Assembly (NCBI GenBank): GCA_963814585.1
Contig: CAWFDF010000012.1
Span: forward strand, 160,001-224,000
Origin: an uncultured delta proteobacterium
GTDB taxonomy: Bacteria; Myxococcota; Myxococcia; Myxococcales; Anaeromyxobacteraceae
DNA: 64,000 nucleotides
Direction of reading: 5' to 3'
In this document: positions 49,361-60,474 of the stretch, piece by piece
Position numbering within the stretch: position 1 is the stretch's first letter
Layout of the letters: every line of letters begins with the position of its first letter
Translations under genes and position numbers: made by a program
Notes under the pieces: generated by a model
Databases searched by the model: none
The model's input: the letters and a program-made list of their open reading frames with translations, nothing else
Told to the model about the DNA's origin: nothing

Positions 49361-50044
49361 CTACCTCGTCCCGGTGGGGTGGCCCGGGCGTCCTCTCAGG
49401 GCGCCGAGCTTGTAGGCGAACCAGGAATCCCGCGTGTAGCAGAAGAGGCTCAAGCGATCGACGGTGAAGCGATGGCGTGGCGTGGCCCGGTCGAGGGACC
49501 TCCGGGCCCTGGCGAACGCCTCCGGGGTCAGGCCGTGCGCCAGCGTGACGTGGAACCGGAAGCGGTCGCCCTCCTCCAGGGGGTAGGGCTGGATCCCCAG
49601 CCCCTCCGACAGGTCGTGGAGGATCCGCCGCCTCAAGGCCTCGAGCCGCGGCTCCGGCTCCACGCCGAGGAAGATGATCCCCTCGTCGAAGAAGTCGATG
49701 CCCTGGACGCAGACCTCGAAGGGCTCCACCTCCCCGACCAGGCGGTCGAAGTGGCGCTCGAACGGCTCGATGGAGCTGGCCGGGACGCCCAGCTTGAGCG
49801 TGATGTGCGGCGGGGTCGAGAGGGCCCGGTTCACGCCGTAGCCGGCCTCCAGCTCCACCTGCAGCCGGCGCATGGCGTTGCTGAGCTCGTCGCTCACCGG
49901 GAGGACGTAGGCGATCTCGAACGGGCCGCCCGCCGCGGCCGGCCTCCCGCGCAGCCGGTTCACCAGGCGCCGGACTCCGGGCGGCACGGCCGTTCGCAGC
50001 CGGCGGAGCGCGGCCGGGGCGCGTCTGGGGGTGTCGCCGTCCAA
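49361..50044 (-). CDS. 2H phosphoesterase (2'-5' RNA ligase family); start uncertain
   Basis: Two HxT motifs: PPHITLK and FHVTLAH. Confidence 0.82.
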   Translation of the reverse strand: MDGDTPRRAPAALRRLRTAVPPGVRRLVNRLRGRPAAAGGPFEIAYVLPVSDELSNAMRRLQVELEAGYGVNRALSTPPHITLKLGVPASSIEPFERHFDRLVGEVEPFEVCVQGIDFFDEGIIFLGVEPEPRLEALRRRILHDLSEGLGIQPYPLEEGDRFRFHVTLAHGLTPEAFARARRSLDRATPRHRFTVDRLSLFCYTRDSWFAYKLGALRGRPGHPTGTR

Positions 50045-50211
50045 GGGTGGGCTCTCTTCGAATCCGCTCTCAGCGTCGCATGCCGCCGACCACCGGGCAA
50101 GGCGAGGGCGCGCGGGCGCGCCACGGGAACGGCGGGCGAATTCGCTCCGTCGCCCCGTGGGCTCATGCCATCCTGTGGCCCGTCGGCCTCGCCAGATCGC
50201 CTCCCCGGGGG

Positions 50212-51606
50212 ATGAGAACCGTGCGCACCACCTACGTCATCCTGAACCCGCACGACGACTACTCGGCCCACATCATCGATCTCGTCTTCCACAAGTACGG
50301 CCTGCGGCCCATCTGCCTGTACACCGACCGGAAGCTGTCCTTCTACGCCCGGCCCAGGTACCCCATCCTCCAGTCCGAGCTGGTGGAGGCCGAGTACGTC
50401 GTCGACCCGGCGTCCCTGCCCGCCTTCGCCGCCGAGATCCGCCGCCGCTTCCGCGTGCTGGGCGTGGTGCCGGCCATCGAGCAGTGGGTCGAGCTGGCCG
50501 CCCGGCTCTCGGACCTGCTCGGCCTCGACTGGATGTCGGGGGAGACCCTGGCCAGGTTCCGCGACAAGAATGGCATGAAGACCTACCTGCGCCAGCACGC
50601 CCCGCACCTGCGAGTCCCCCGGACCACGCCGATCCGGACCGTGGAGGAGGTCCTGGCCACCAGCGGACCGGCCGCGGACCTCCGCGGCGCCGGCGACCGC
50701 TTCGTCCTCAAGCCGAACGACGGGACCGGGGGCGTCAACGTCGCCATCTTTCCCGCCAGCGTGTCGAGGGACACGGTGGCCGCCCACATGGCCAGGAGCC
50801 CCGGCCAGCGCTGGGCCATGGAGGAGTTCATCGGTGGCCGCGAGCTCGCCGTGAACGGCCAGGTCGGCCCGGACGGCCGCGGCATCGTCCTGGTGATCAC
50901 GGAGTACAGCCGCTTCCAGGTCAACGGCCGGGACAACGTCAGCGACAAGGACTTCAAGGTCGACCAGACCGATCCGGTCTTCGCCCCCGTCGAGAGGTAC
51001 GCGCTGGAGGTGGTGAGCGCGCTCGGGCTGCGGCGCTCGCCGTTCCACCTGGAGGTCAAGCTCGACGCCCGGGGGCCCTGCCTCATCGATCTGGGTGCGA
51101 GGCTCGTCGGGAACGGCGCCGCCTTCATGTGCGGCATGCTCCACCCCGGGCGCCCCGACCTCTTCGACCTGGCCGCGCACGGCTACCTGTTCGGCGACCG
51201 CTACGGGCTGGACCAGCCCATCGACTGGACCTGGTACAACGGCCACGCCTATGCGGCCCTCGACGGGGTCTCCGAGCGCGACGAGCTCATCACCACGCTC
51301 GACGGCGTCGAGGAGGTCGAGGCGCTCTCGCAGTTCGTCCGCTGGGAGCACAAGCCCCGGGTCGGTCAGCGGGTCCGCCGGACCCTCGACCTCTTCACCA
51401 TCCCGTGGGGCGTCGACCTGCTCGGGGAGGGGTCGACGGCGGACATGCTGGAGGTCTGCCAGCAGGTGCGCCAGGCCATCCGCTGGAACCGCCGCCGGGC
51501 CTCCCCGCGGGCCCTGGTCGCGGCCCATGGCCGGAACCTCGCCGGGAAGGCCCGGCCCAAGCTGCGCTGGCTCGCCCACCGCTACCTGGCCGGCCATCTC
51601 GGCTGA
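50212..51606 (+). CDS. ATP-grasp ligase (L-amino-acid ligase-like)
   Basis: RDKNGMK, VLKPNDGTGGVNV, MEEFIGGRE, FHLEVK, IDLGARLVG. Confidence 0.82.
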   Translation: MRTVRTTYVILNPHDDYSAHIIDLVFHKYGLRPICLYTDRKLSFYARPRYPILQSELVEAEYVVDPASLPAFAAEIRRRFRVLGVVPAIEQWVELAARLSDLLGLDWMSGETLARFRDKNGMKTYLRQHAPHLRVPRTTPIRTVEEVLATSGPAADLRGAGDRFVLKPNDGTGGVNVAIFPASVSRDTVAAHMARSPGQRWAMEEFIGGRELAVNGQVGPDGRGIVLVITEYSRFQVNGRDNVSDKDFKVDQTDPVFAPVERYALEVVSALGLRRSPFHLEVKLDARGPCLIDLGARLVGNGAAFMCGMLHPGRPDLFDLAAHGYLFGDRYGLDQPIDWTWYNGHAYAALDGVSERDELITTLDGVEEVEALSQFVRWEHKPRVGQRVRRTLDLFTIPWGVDLLGEGSTADMLEVCQQVRQAIRWNRRRASPRALVAAHGRNLAGKARPKLRWLAHRYLAGHLG

Positions 51607-51636
51607 TGGCGCCACTCACCTGGCCGGTCGGGGGCG

Positions 51637-53187
51637 TCACGCCGGCGGGCGCCCGCCCGGAGGTGGAGCGCGGCGCTTGAACCGGTCCGGGACCAGGTCG
51701 TAGATGCGCAGGGAGCGGAGCAGGCGCCCGGCCAGGGCCCTCGGGGAGACGGGCTCTCGCGGGTTGATCGGCTCGCCGAGGACGTCGCTCCAGAGGAAGC
51801 CGATGAGCGACCGGAAGAACCGGTAGCGCGGCGGCCGCCGCTCCCGCTCGCCGACGTCCAGCATCGTCCTGAGGAGCTTGCGGCAGTTGAGCGGGGCGAA
51901 CGACTCCTGGACGACGTCGTACTCGGCGCGGATCAGGGCCTGCCACCTCCCCGCCATCTGCTCCCAGCAGAAGAGGTCCAGCAGCGGGATGGTGGTGCCC
52001 TGGGCGCCGGCCAGCCACTCCCGGAAGGCCTCGATCGCGAACGGGAACTCGCCGATCTCGGTCAGGCGCGCCAGCTCCAGCGGCGAGACGGCCCGGCCCC
52101 CGCGCGTCCGGTAGTAGCACTTCACGATCTCGGCGACGTCGCCGGTGATGCAGACCCGATCGTCCGGATAGGCCTGGCGGATCGCCTGGACGTCGGCGCT
52201 CCAGGCCTCCTTGACCGCGTCGACGTTGGTCCGGCAGATCCGCCTGAAGTCCTGGTCGACCTGGTCGGGGTAAGGGAGGACGCGGTGGGGGACGCCGAGC
52301 CTGGCGAGCAGGCGGCGGGGAACGGCCACGTCCCGGGAGCCGGCCGGGGTGCCCGGCCCCAGCATGGTGTAGCAGGAGATGCGGTCGATCCGGTCCTTGC
52401 TGAGCGCCAGCATGAGGCGGCTGTCCCAGCCCGCCGTCATCGAGAGCACCAGTTCGAACCTGCGGCGGGCCGCCTCCAGCTGGCCCCGCAGCAGCCGCGC
52501 GCTCGCCGCCACGGGATCACCGTCGGCCATCACGGGCGGCGCCTGCAGTGGCCAGTACCGCCTGGGACGCCCGGTGCCGAGGTCGAGCAGGTGGTTGGGC
52601 AGCAGGGCGCGGACCTCGCGGTACGTCGTCCGATCGCCTGGCATCCAGAAGACCGAGCCGTCGCCGCCGATCCGCGACGACATGAAGTCGAGGGCGGCGG
52701 GGTCCCTGGCCAGCCCGAGCGCGGCGGCGATCAGGCCGGGCTGGCTGGCGGCCACCACCGCGGACGCCGAGGCGTCCCAGGCGAAGTGGACCTGCCGCTG
52801 CCCGGCCGCGTCGTGGAAGATCACGGTGTCGCGGCCGTCGTGGACGATCAGGGCCCAGCGACCGCCGAGGCCGTCGGTGCTCTCGATGCAGGCCTCCACG
52901 GGGCTGGCGTCCCGGAGCAGGGCCCGGAGGATGTCGGCGTTGGTCGCCTCCGGGTTCTCGGGGTCGAGCAGGTACCCGAGCAGCGTGATCGACCGCTCCG
53001 GGCCGCCGACCCGCGTCACCTCCAGGTCGGGGTGGACCGTCAGGAGGTTCCTTCCGTCGACGGCGACCCGGGTCCAGTCCGTCCGGCCGTCGAGGTACCG
53101 AGGGCCCAGGAAGAACTGCCGCCGGTAGCGGAGCCGCTCCAGCGATCCGTCCCGGAGGCCCCCGGCCTCCTCCACCCCTGCGCTCAT
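51637..53187 (-). CDS. Asparagine-synthetase-related protein (degenerate Ntn-like domain plus PP-loop)
   Basis: GGRWALIV...HDAAGQRQVHF, LLPNHLL, LSMTAGWDSR, TGDVAE, WEQMAGRW, PLNCR; no N-terminal catalytic Cys. Confidence 0.7.
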   Translation of the reverse strand: MSAGVEEAGGLRDGSLERLRYRRQFFLGPRYLDGRTDWTRVAVDGRNLLTVHPDLEVTRVGGPERSITLLGYLLDPENPEATNADILRALLRDASPVEACIESTDGLGGRWALIVHDGRDTVIFHDAAGQRQVHFAWDASASAVVAASQPGLIAAALGLARDPAALDFMSSRIGGDGSVFWMPGDRTTYREVRALLPNHLLDLGTGRPRRYWPLQAPPVMADGDPVAASARLLRGQLEAARRRFELVLSMTAGWDSRLMLALSKDRIDRISCYTMLGPGTPAGSRDVAVPRRLLARLGVPHRVLPYPDQVDQDFRRICRTNVDAVKEAWSADVQAIRQAYPDDRVCITGDVAEIVKCYYRTRGGRAVSPLELARLTEIGEFPFAIEAFREWLAGAQGTTIPLLDLFCWEQMAGRWQALIRAEYDVVQESFAPLNCRKLLRTMLDVGERERRPPRYRFFRSLIGFLWSDVLGEPINPREPVSPRALAGRLLRSLRIYDLVPDRFKRRAPPPGGRPPA

Positions 53188-53334
53188 CCCTCGGCCTCCA
53201 CGGTGTCGAGCGCCCCGCCGCATCCTGCGGGCCAGCCGGGCCACCTCGCGCCGGGCAGACTACCCCGTCCGTCGCCGTCCATGGGCCGCGCCGCTCGTAC
53301 CGTGCGCCGGGGACCCGGCGCCGGTGCTGCGACG

Positions 53335-53892
53335 CTAGAGCATCCCCAGCTGCAGCCTGGCCGCCTCGCTCATCCGCGACGGCTCCCAGGGCGGATCGAA
53401 GACCAGCTCGACGTCGGCCTGCTTCACGCCCGGCACCGAGAGGCACTTGCGCTTCACGTCGTCCACCAGCATCGGCCCCACGCCGCAGCCCGGCGCGGTG
53501 AGCGTCATGTGGACCAGCACGCGGTGTCCGCCCTCGACCGGCTCGCTGGCCACCGAGTAGACCAGCCCGAGCTCCACGATCGAGGCCGGGATCTCCGGGT
53601 CGAAGACGTCCTTCAAGGCGACCCAGATCTTCTGCTCGTCGAAGGGTCCCTCCAGCGACGAGGCCCGGGCTGCGGCGGTCGCCTGCGCCTCGGCCTGGTA
53701 CTGGGCGCCCAGGGCGTCGGCGTCCTTCTCGTCGACGCGGAGCAGCTGGCCGCGCTCGGTCATGAGCGTGAAGCTGCCGCCCAGCGCCTGCTGCATGACC
53801 AGCCAGGTGCCCTCCGGCACCACCGCCACGCCGCCCTGCGGGATGAAGGTGGCCTCGACGTCCCGGCTGAGGATGATCGGCTCTCGCGCCAT
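53335..53892 (-). CDS. sufT: Fe-S cluster assembly protein SufT (DUF59)
   Basis: QALGGSFT, DPEIPASIVELGLVY, MTLTAPGCGVG, PPWEPSRMSEAARLQLG. Confidence 0.9.
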   Translation of the reverse strand: MAREPIILSRDVEATFIPQGGVAVVPEGTWLVMQQALGGSFTLMTERGQLLRVDEKDADALGAQYQAEAQATAAARASSLEGPFDEQKIWVALKDVFDPEIPASIVELGLVYSVASEPVEGGHRVLVHMTLTAPGCGVGPMLVDDVKRKCLSVPGVKQADVELVFDPPWEPSRMSEAARLQLGML

Positions 53893-53902
53893 GAGGTGGC
53901 TC

Positions 53903-54352
53903 CTATTCGGTGCTGGCGGTGGCCTGGCCCTGCAGCGCCGACCGGAGCGTGTGCCAGGCCAGGCTGGCGCACTTCACGCGGGTGGGGAACTCGTGGACGC
54001 CCCCGAAGACCGCCAGCTTGCCGAGCGCCTCGAGGTCCGGTTGGGCGCCGGGCCCCTCGGTCACCAGGGCGTGGAAGGTCTGGAACAGGGCCTCCACCTC
54101 GGCGGGCGTCTTCCCCTTGACGAGGCCGGTCATCACCGACGCCGAGGCCCGCGAGATGGCGCAGCCGGAGCCGGTGAAGCGGGCCTCCTGCACCGTGCCG
54201 TCGGCCACCTTCACCTGCAGCACCAGGTGGTCGCCGCAGAGCGGGTTGAGCCCCTCGGCGGTGGCGGTCGCCCCTTCCAGCGGCCCGAAGTTCCGGGGCC
54301 GCTTGCCGTGGTCGAGGATGACCTCCTGGTAGAGATCGGTGAGCTCGGTCAC
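53903..54352 (-). CDS. sufU: SUF system NifU-family protein SufU
   Basis: LYQEVILDH, NPLCGD, GCAIS, RVKCASLAWH. Confidence 0.92.
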   Translation of the reverse strand: MTELTDLYQEVILDHGKRPRNFGPLEGATATAEGLNPLCGDHLVLQVKVADGTVQEARFTGSGCAISRASASVMTGLVKGKTPAEVEALFQTFHALVTEGPGAQPDLEALGKLAVFGGVHEFPTRVKCASLAWHTLRSALQGQATASTE

Positions 54353-55602
54353 GCGAAGACCTCGATGGCGACGTGGAGCGCCCGGACCAGCGCCTCGACG
54401 TCGGCGGGCGTGGAGTAGAGGGCGAAGGAGGCGCGAGCGGTGGCCGGCAGCCCGAACCGCTGCATGAGCGGCTGGGCGCAGTGGTGGCCGGCCCGGATCG
54501 CCACCCCCTGCCGGTCGACGATGGTGGCGAGATCGTGCGGGTGGATGTCGCCCACCATGAAGGAGAGCACGCCGGCGCGCCGCCGCGGCGCGCCGACCAG
54601 CCGCACCCCCGGCACCTCGCGCAGCGCCGCCTCGGCGTCCCGCAGCAGCCCCGCCTCGTGGGCGGCGATGGCGGGGAGGCCGATGGCGACGACGTAGTCG
54701 AGCGCCGCCGCCAGCCCGACCGCGCCGGCGATGTCCGGCGTGCCGGCCTCGAACTTGTAGGGCAGCTCGTTCCAGGTGGACCGCTCGAAGGTCACCGTGC
54801 GGATCATGTCACCGCCGCCCTGCCACGGCGGCATGGCCTCGAGGAGCTCGCGGCGGGCCCAGAGGACGCCGATGCCGGTCGGTCCGTAGACCTTGTGCCC
54901 GCTGAAGACGTAGAAGTCGGCGCCCAGGGCCTGCACGTCGACCCCGAGGTGCGGCGCCCCCTGCGCGCCGTCCACCAGCACCGGGATGCCACGCGCCCTG
55001 GCCAGCGCGATGACCGCCTCGATCGGCGTCACCGTGCCGAGGGCGTTGGAGACCTGGGTCACCGCCAGCAGCTTCACCCGCGGACCCAGCAGCCCCTCCA
55101 GCGCCGCCAGGTCGAGATCGCCGGCGTCGTCGATGGGCGCCGGCACCACCCGGGCCCCCTTCTCCGCGGCCAGCAGCTGCCAGGGCACGATGTTGGAGTG
55201 GTGCTCCAGGGTGGTGACCACGATCTCGTCGCCGGCCTGGACCCGCTGCCGGCCGAAGCTCTGGGCCACCAGGTTCACGCCCTCGGTGGCGCCGCGCACG
55301 AAGATCACCTCGCGCCGATCGGCGTTGAGGAACCTGGCCACGGTGGCGCGCGCCCCCTCGAAGGCCTTGGTGGCCCGCTCGGAGAGGGCGTGGACGCCGC
55401 GGTGGACGTTGGCGTTGTCCCGCTCGTAGAACCGCGAGATGGCGTCGATGACGGCGCGCGGCTTCTGGGTGGTGGCGGCGCTGTCGAGGTACACCAGCGG
55501 CTTGCCGTGGACCTGCTGGTCCAGCGCCGGGAAGTCGGCGCGTCGCGCGGCGACGTCGGAGGGCGCCGGACGGACCGGCACCGGGAGCGCGGTCGCGGTC
55601 AC
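54349..55602 (-). CDS. sufS: Cysteine desulfurase SufS
   Basis: YLDSAATTQKP, EHHSN, SGHKVYGPTGIG, RAGHHCAQP. Confidence 0.95.
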   Translation of the reverse strand: MTATALPVPVRPAPSDVAARRADFPALDQQVHGKPLVYLDSAATTQKPRAVIDAISRFYERDNANVHRGVHALSERATKAFEGARATVARFLNADRREVIFVRGATEGVNLVAQSFGRQRVQAGDEIVVTTLEHHSNIVPWQLLAAEKGARVVPAPIDDAGDLDLAALEGLLGPRVKLLAVTQVSNALGTVTPIEAVIALARARGIPVLVDGAQGAPHLGVDVQALGADFYVFSGHKVYGPTGIGVLWARRELLEAMPPWQGGGDMIRTVTFERSTWNELPYKFEAGTPDIAGAVGLAAALDYVVAIGLPAIAAHEAGLLRDAEAALREVPGVRLVGAPRRRAGVLSFMVGDIHPHDLATIVDRQGVAIRAGHHCAQPLMQRFGLPATARASFALYSTPADVEALVRALHVAIEVFA

Positions 55603-56930
55603 GCGGCCTCCACCAGCCGGGCCCCGTCGGGCAGGCGCGAGGTCACCAGCTGCCGGGCGCGGGCCCGGAGCGGCTCCGGCCGGAGCAGCTCCACCATCCC
55701 GGCCGCGAAGGCGTAGATGAGCAGGCTGCGCGCCGCCGGCTCGGACAGGCCACGCGAGCGAAGGTAGAAGAGCGAGTTGGGATCGAGCTGGCCCACCGTG
55801 CCACCGTGGCTGCACTTCACGTCGTCGGCCAGGATCTCCAGCTGCGGCCGGGTGTCGACGGTGGCGTCGTCGGAGAGGAGCAGGTTGGAGCTCGACTGCT
55901 GCGCCTGCGTCTTCTGGGCGCCGGGCGCGACGCGGACGCGGCCGGTGAAGACGCCGCGGGCCCGGCCGTCGAGGACGGTCTTGAAGGTCTGCGTGCTGGT
56001 CCCGTGCGGGGCGACGTGCTCCACGTTGACGAAGGCGTCGGTGATGCGCGAGCCGCTGGCCATGCCGAGGCCCGAGGCGGACAGCTCGGCCCGCTCGCCG
56101 AGGAGTCGGGCGTGCAGCTCGGCCCGGGCCACCAGCCCGCCCAGCGCCAGGCCGTGCGAGGTGAAGCGGCTCTCGGCGGCCAGCTCGACGTGGAGCGAGG
56201 CCAGCTCGAAGGTCTCCAGCCCCTCCTCCTGGAAGCGGTAGTGGTTCACCTGGGCGCCGGGGGCCAGGACGATCTCGGCCACCGGCGCCACCAGCGCCCG
56301 CGCCCCCTCGGCGGAGATGGTGTGCTCGACCACGGTGACCAGCGAGCCCTCGCCGGCCACCAGCAGGAGGCGCGGGAAGGCGGCCACCACGCGGCCGGGC
56401 AGGGAGGTGAGGTGGACGATCCGGATGGGGGGCGCCACCGCCCCGCCGACCGGCAGGTGGAGCAGAACGCCGTCATCGAAGAGCGCGGTGTTGGCCGCCA
56501 CCAGCGGGTGGTGGTCGACGCGGGCCAGCCGGCCCAGGTGCGGGTGGACCAGATCCGGCACCTCGCGCAGCGCCTCGCCGAGCGAGATGAGCACGGCGCC
56601 GGGCGGCAGCCCCTGCACCCTGGAGAGATCCGAGCGGTAGCGCCCGTTGGCGAAGACCACCTGCGGGCCGTTCCAGGTGCCGGCCCGCTCCAGCAGCGCC
56701 GCCGCCTCGTCCCCCTCCTCGGGCCGCGCCCGCTCCAGCCGGAGCGAGGCCAGGGAGGTGAGGCTGGTGTAGCGCCAGGCCTCGTGGCGGGTGGTGGGCA
56801 GGCCCATCGACCGCAGCCCGCCGAGCGCCTCCTCGCGCAGGTCGCCGAGCCAGGTGGGATCGTCGGGGCCGATGGCGAAGGACTCCGCCAGGCTCTCCGA
56901 CGCCGGCGTCAGGGTGGCGCCCCGGCTCAT
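55599..56930 (-). CDS. sufD: Fe-S cluster assembly protein SufD
   Basis: EAWRYT, PQLEILADDVKCSHG, LFYLRSRG. Confidence 0.93.
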   Translation of the reverse strand: MSRGATLTPASESLAESFAIGPDDPTWLGDLREEALGGLRSMGLPTTRHEAWRYTSLTSLASLRLERARPEEGDEAAALLERAGTWNGPQVVFANGRYRSDLSRVQGLPPGAVLISLGEALREVPDLVHPHLGRLARVDHHPLVAANTALFDDGVLLHLPVGGAVAPPIRIVHLTSLPGRVVAAFPRLLLVAGEGSLVTVVEHTISAEGARALVAPVAEIVLAPGAQVNHYRFQEEGLETFELASLHVELAAESRFTSHGLALGGLVARAELHARLLGERAELSASGLGMASGSRITDAFVNVEHVAPHGTSTQTFKTVLDGRARGVFTGRVRVAPGAQKTQAQQSSSNLLLSDDATVDTRPQLEILADDVKCSHGGTVGQLDPNSLFYLRSRGLSEPAARSLLIYAFAAGMVELLRPEPLRARARQLVTSRLPDGARLVEAA

Positions 56931-57711
56931 GTCCGGGCCTCGGTGAGCGGCACCGGCGCCTTGTCGCCGGCCCAGGCGTAGCCGGTCCTCTCCAGCTCCA
57001 GCGCCAGCTCGCGCCCGCCGGTCTTGACGATCCGGCCGCCGGCCATGACGTGGACGACGTCCGGCGTGACGTGATCGAGGAGCCGCTGGTAATGCGTCAC
57101 CATCACCACGGCCCGATCGCCCCGGCGGAGCGCGTTGACGCCGCTGGAGACCACCCGGAGGGCGTCGATGTCGAGGCCGGAGTCGATCTCGTCCAGGATG
57201 GCGAGGCGCGGCTCCAGGACCGCCATCTGGAAGATCTCGTTCCGCTTCTTCTCGCCGCCGCTGAACCCCTCGTTGACCGAGCGGGAGCCGAAGGCCGGAT
57301 CGAGCTCGACCAGCTTCATCTTCTCCTTGGCGAAGGCCAGGAAGTCCATGGCGTCCAGCTCCTCCTCCCCGCGCGCCTTGCGGATGGCGTTGAGCGCGGT
57401 GCGGAGGAAGTAGAGGTTGCCGACGCCCGGGATCTCCACCGGGTACTGGAAGCCCAGGAAGACCCCGGCCGCCGCGCGCGCCTCGGGGGCCAGCGAGAGC
57501 AGGTCCTTCCCGGCGAAGCGCACCGAGCCGGCGGTCACCTCATAGGAGTCGCGCCCGGCGAGCACCCCGGCCAGCGTCGACTTGCCGGATCCGTTCGGCC
57601 CCATGATGGCGTGGACCTCGCCCTCGCGGACGGTCAGGTCCAGCCCCTTGAGGATCTCCTTCTCGCCGACCCGCGCCCTCAGGCCGCGGATCTCCAGCAA
57701 CACCGCCCCGC

Positions 57712-57715
<4 letters not shown>
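56927..57715 (-). CDS. sufC: Fe-S cluster assembly ATPase SufC
   Basis: [43 protein letters not shown]. Confidence 0.95.
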
Positions 57716-59147
<1,432 letters not shown>

Positions 59148-59151
<4 letters not shown>

Positions 59152-59615
59152 GGCGTGGTCACCACGGGGAGGCCGCGCGTGGGCAGGACGGCCACGGGGG
59201 CTCCGCGGCCGAGCCGGAACGGCCCGATCTCGGAGAGCGGCAGGGCGCGGAGCGCCGACTGGACGGCGCGCGAGACGGGATCCCAGGTGTCCCTGGCGAT
59301 GCAGGAGAGCTCGATGCCGCAGGGCTCGGCCCCGGGCGAGCCGCACTCGGTGAGGGAGATGGGCCCCTCCAGCGCCTCGACCACCTCGGCGACCGAGATC
59401 TGCTCCGGGGCGCGGGTGAGCGAGTAGCCGCCGTGGCGCCCGCGGTGGGACTGGAGCAGCCCGGCCCGCGAGAGCTCCTTGCAGAGCTTGGAGACGGTGG
59501 GGAGCGGGACCCGCGATCGGGTGGACAGGGCCTGGGCCGTGAGGGTGTTCTCGTCTCGCGCCAGGTGCGCGAGGATGACGATGGCGTAGTCGGTCAGCTT
59601 GCTCATCCGGATCAT
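59148..59615 (-). CDS. Rrf2-family SUF system transcriptional regulator
   Basis: [31 protein letters not shown]...C....C (three Cys). Confidence 0.9.
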
Positions 59616-59671
59616 GGCGGCCGCCTCGGGCCTCGGGAGGCGGGCGAAGGCCCGCCGCCTGGAACTCATCA

Positions 59672-59688
59672 TGGACCGAAAAGGTCCA
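59672..59688. promoter_or_regulatory. Palindromic operator candidate for the suf operon
   Basis: TGGACC-GAAAA-GGTCCA perfect inverted repeat just downstream of the -10 box. Confidence 0.6.
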
Positions 59689-59698
59689 GATACCCCCG

Positions 59699-59726
59699 AA
59701 TCTAACGGGTACTGGCCGCCTGTCAC
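59699..59726 (-). promoter_or_regulatory. sigma70-type promoter of the suf operon
   Basis: GTGACA-N16-TAGATT in a locally AT-richer stretch. Confidence 0.55.
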
Positions 59727-59794
59727 CAAGAATCGTCAGGATTCCGAACTTGCGAGCCAGTGCACCGACCCAGGCAGCTTGCCTGGACCGGGCA

Positions 59795-60346
59795 CTAGAC
59801 CGTCGCCCTCACCAGCGGGCCGTCGACGGTCTCCGCCCCCAGGTCCAGGTAGAGGTGGTCGGCCACGATGGTCAGCCCGAACTTCTGCCGGCGCTCCTCT
59901 CGCTGGGCCACCGCGCGAAGCAGCAGGTCCGGCACCGCAGCCAGCTCGGCCCGCGCCAGCCGCTCCGGACGCCCCGAGCGGGCCTCGGTGAGGAAGGCCT
60001 CCAGCCGCCGCTCCCCCTCGAAGAGCACCGCGACGCGCGCGCCGCCTCCCCGGGCGAGGTCCTTCTCCACCCTGGCCACCTCGGGCCGCCCGACCCGGAC
60101 CAGCAGCGTCCGGGTGTTCCCATCCGGGCCGAGGGCCAGCAACTCCGGCTCATCCGGCTCGCAGATCCCCGGTCCGAAGGTGATGGTCTCCTCCCACTGC
60201 CAGCAGTAGGCCAGGAGCCGGAGCCAGAGCCGCTCCATGGTCTCCGAGGGGTGGCGGGCCGCCTTGACGGCGAGCTTCAGGTCGAGGCCGCGGTCGACGT
60301 GGGAGAGCGCGACGTCGAAGTGGTGGAGCGTGGAAGGGAGCGCCAT
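59795..60346 (-). CDS. yaeQ: YaeQ family protein
   Basis: [38 protein letters not shown]. Confidence 0.85.
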   Translation of the reverse strand: MALPSTLHHFDVALSHVDRGLDLKLAVKAARHPSETMERLWLRLLAYCWQWEETITFGPGICEPDEPELLALGPDGNTRTLLVRVGRPEVARVEKDLARGGGARVAVLFEGERRLEAFLTEARSGRPERLARAELAAVPDLLLRAVAQREERRQKFGLTIVADHLYLDLGAETVDGPLVRATV

Positions 60347-60474
60347 GAGGCCCGGTCTATCGCAGAATCCAGAGGGTTTCTCCACCTTTCCCCACCCCGG
60401 GCCTTGGCGCAACGCCCCGGCGGCCCTAGGATTCCTGGCCGAAGGAAAGGGCGACACCTCGCCCCGGAGGTCCG

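Noticed and set aside
51637..53187. Lasso peptide cyclase or graspetide cluster
   Set aside because: No B1/B2 (RRE/peptidase) genes or precursor ORF nearby, and the ATP-grasp looks like an amino-acid ligase rather than the RimK/MvdC type
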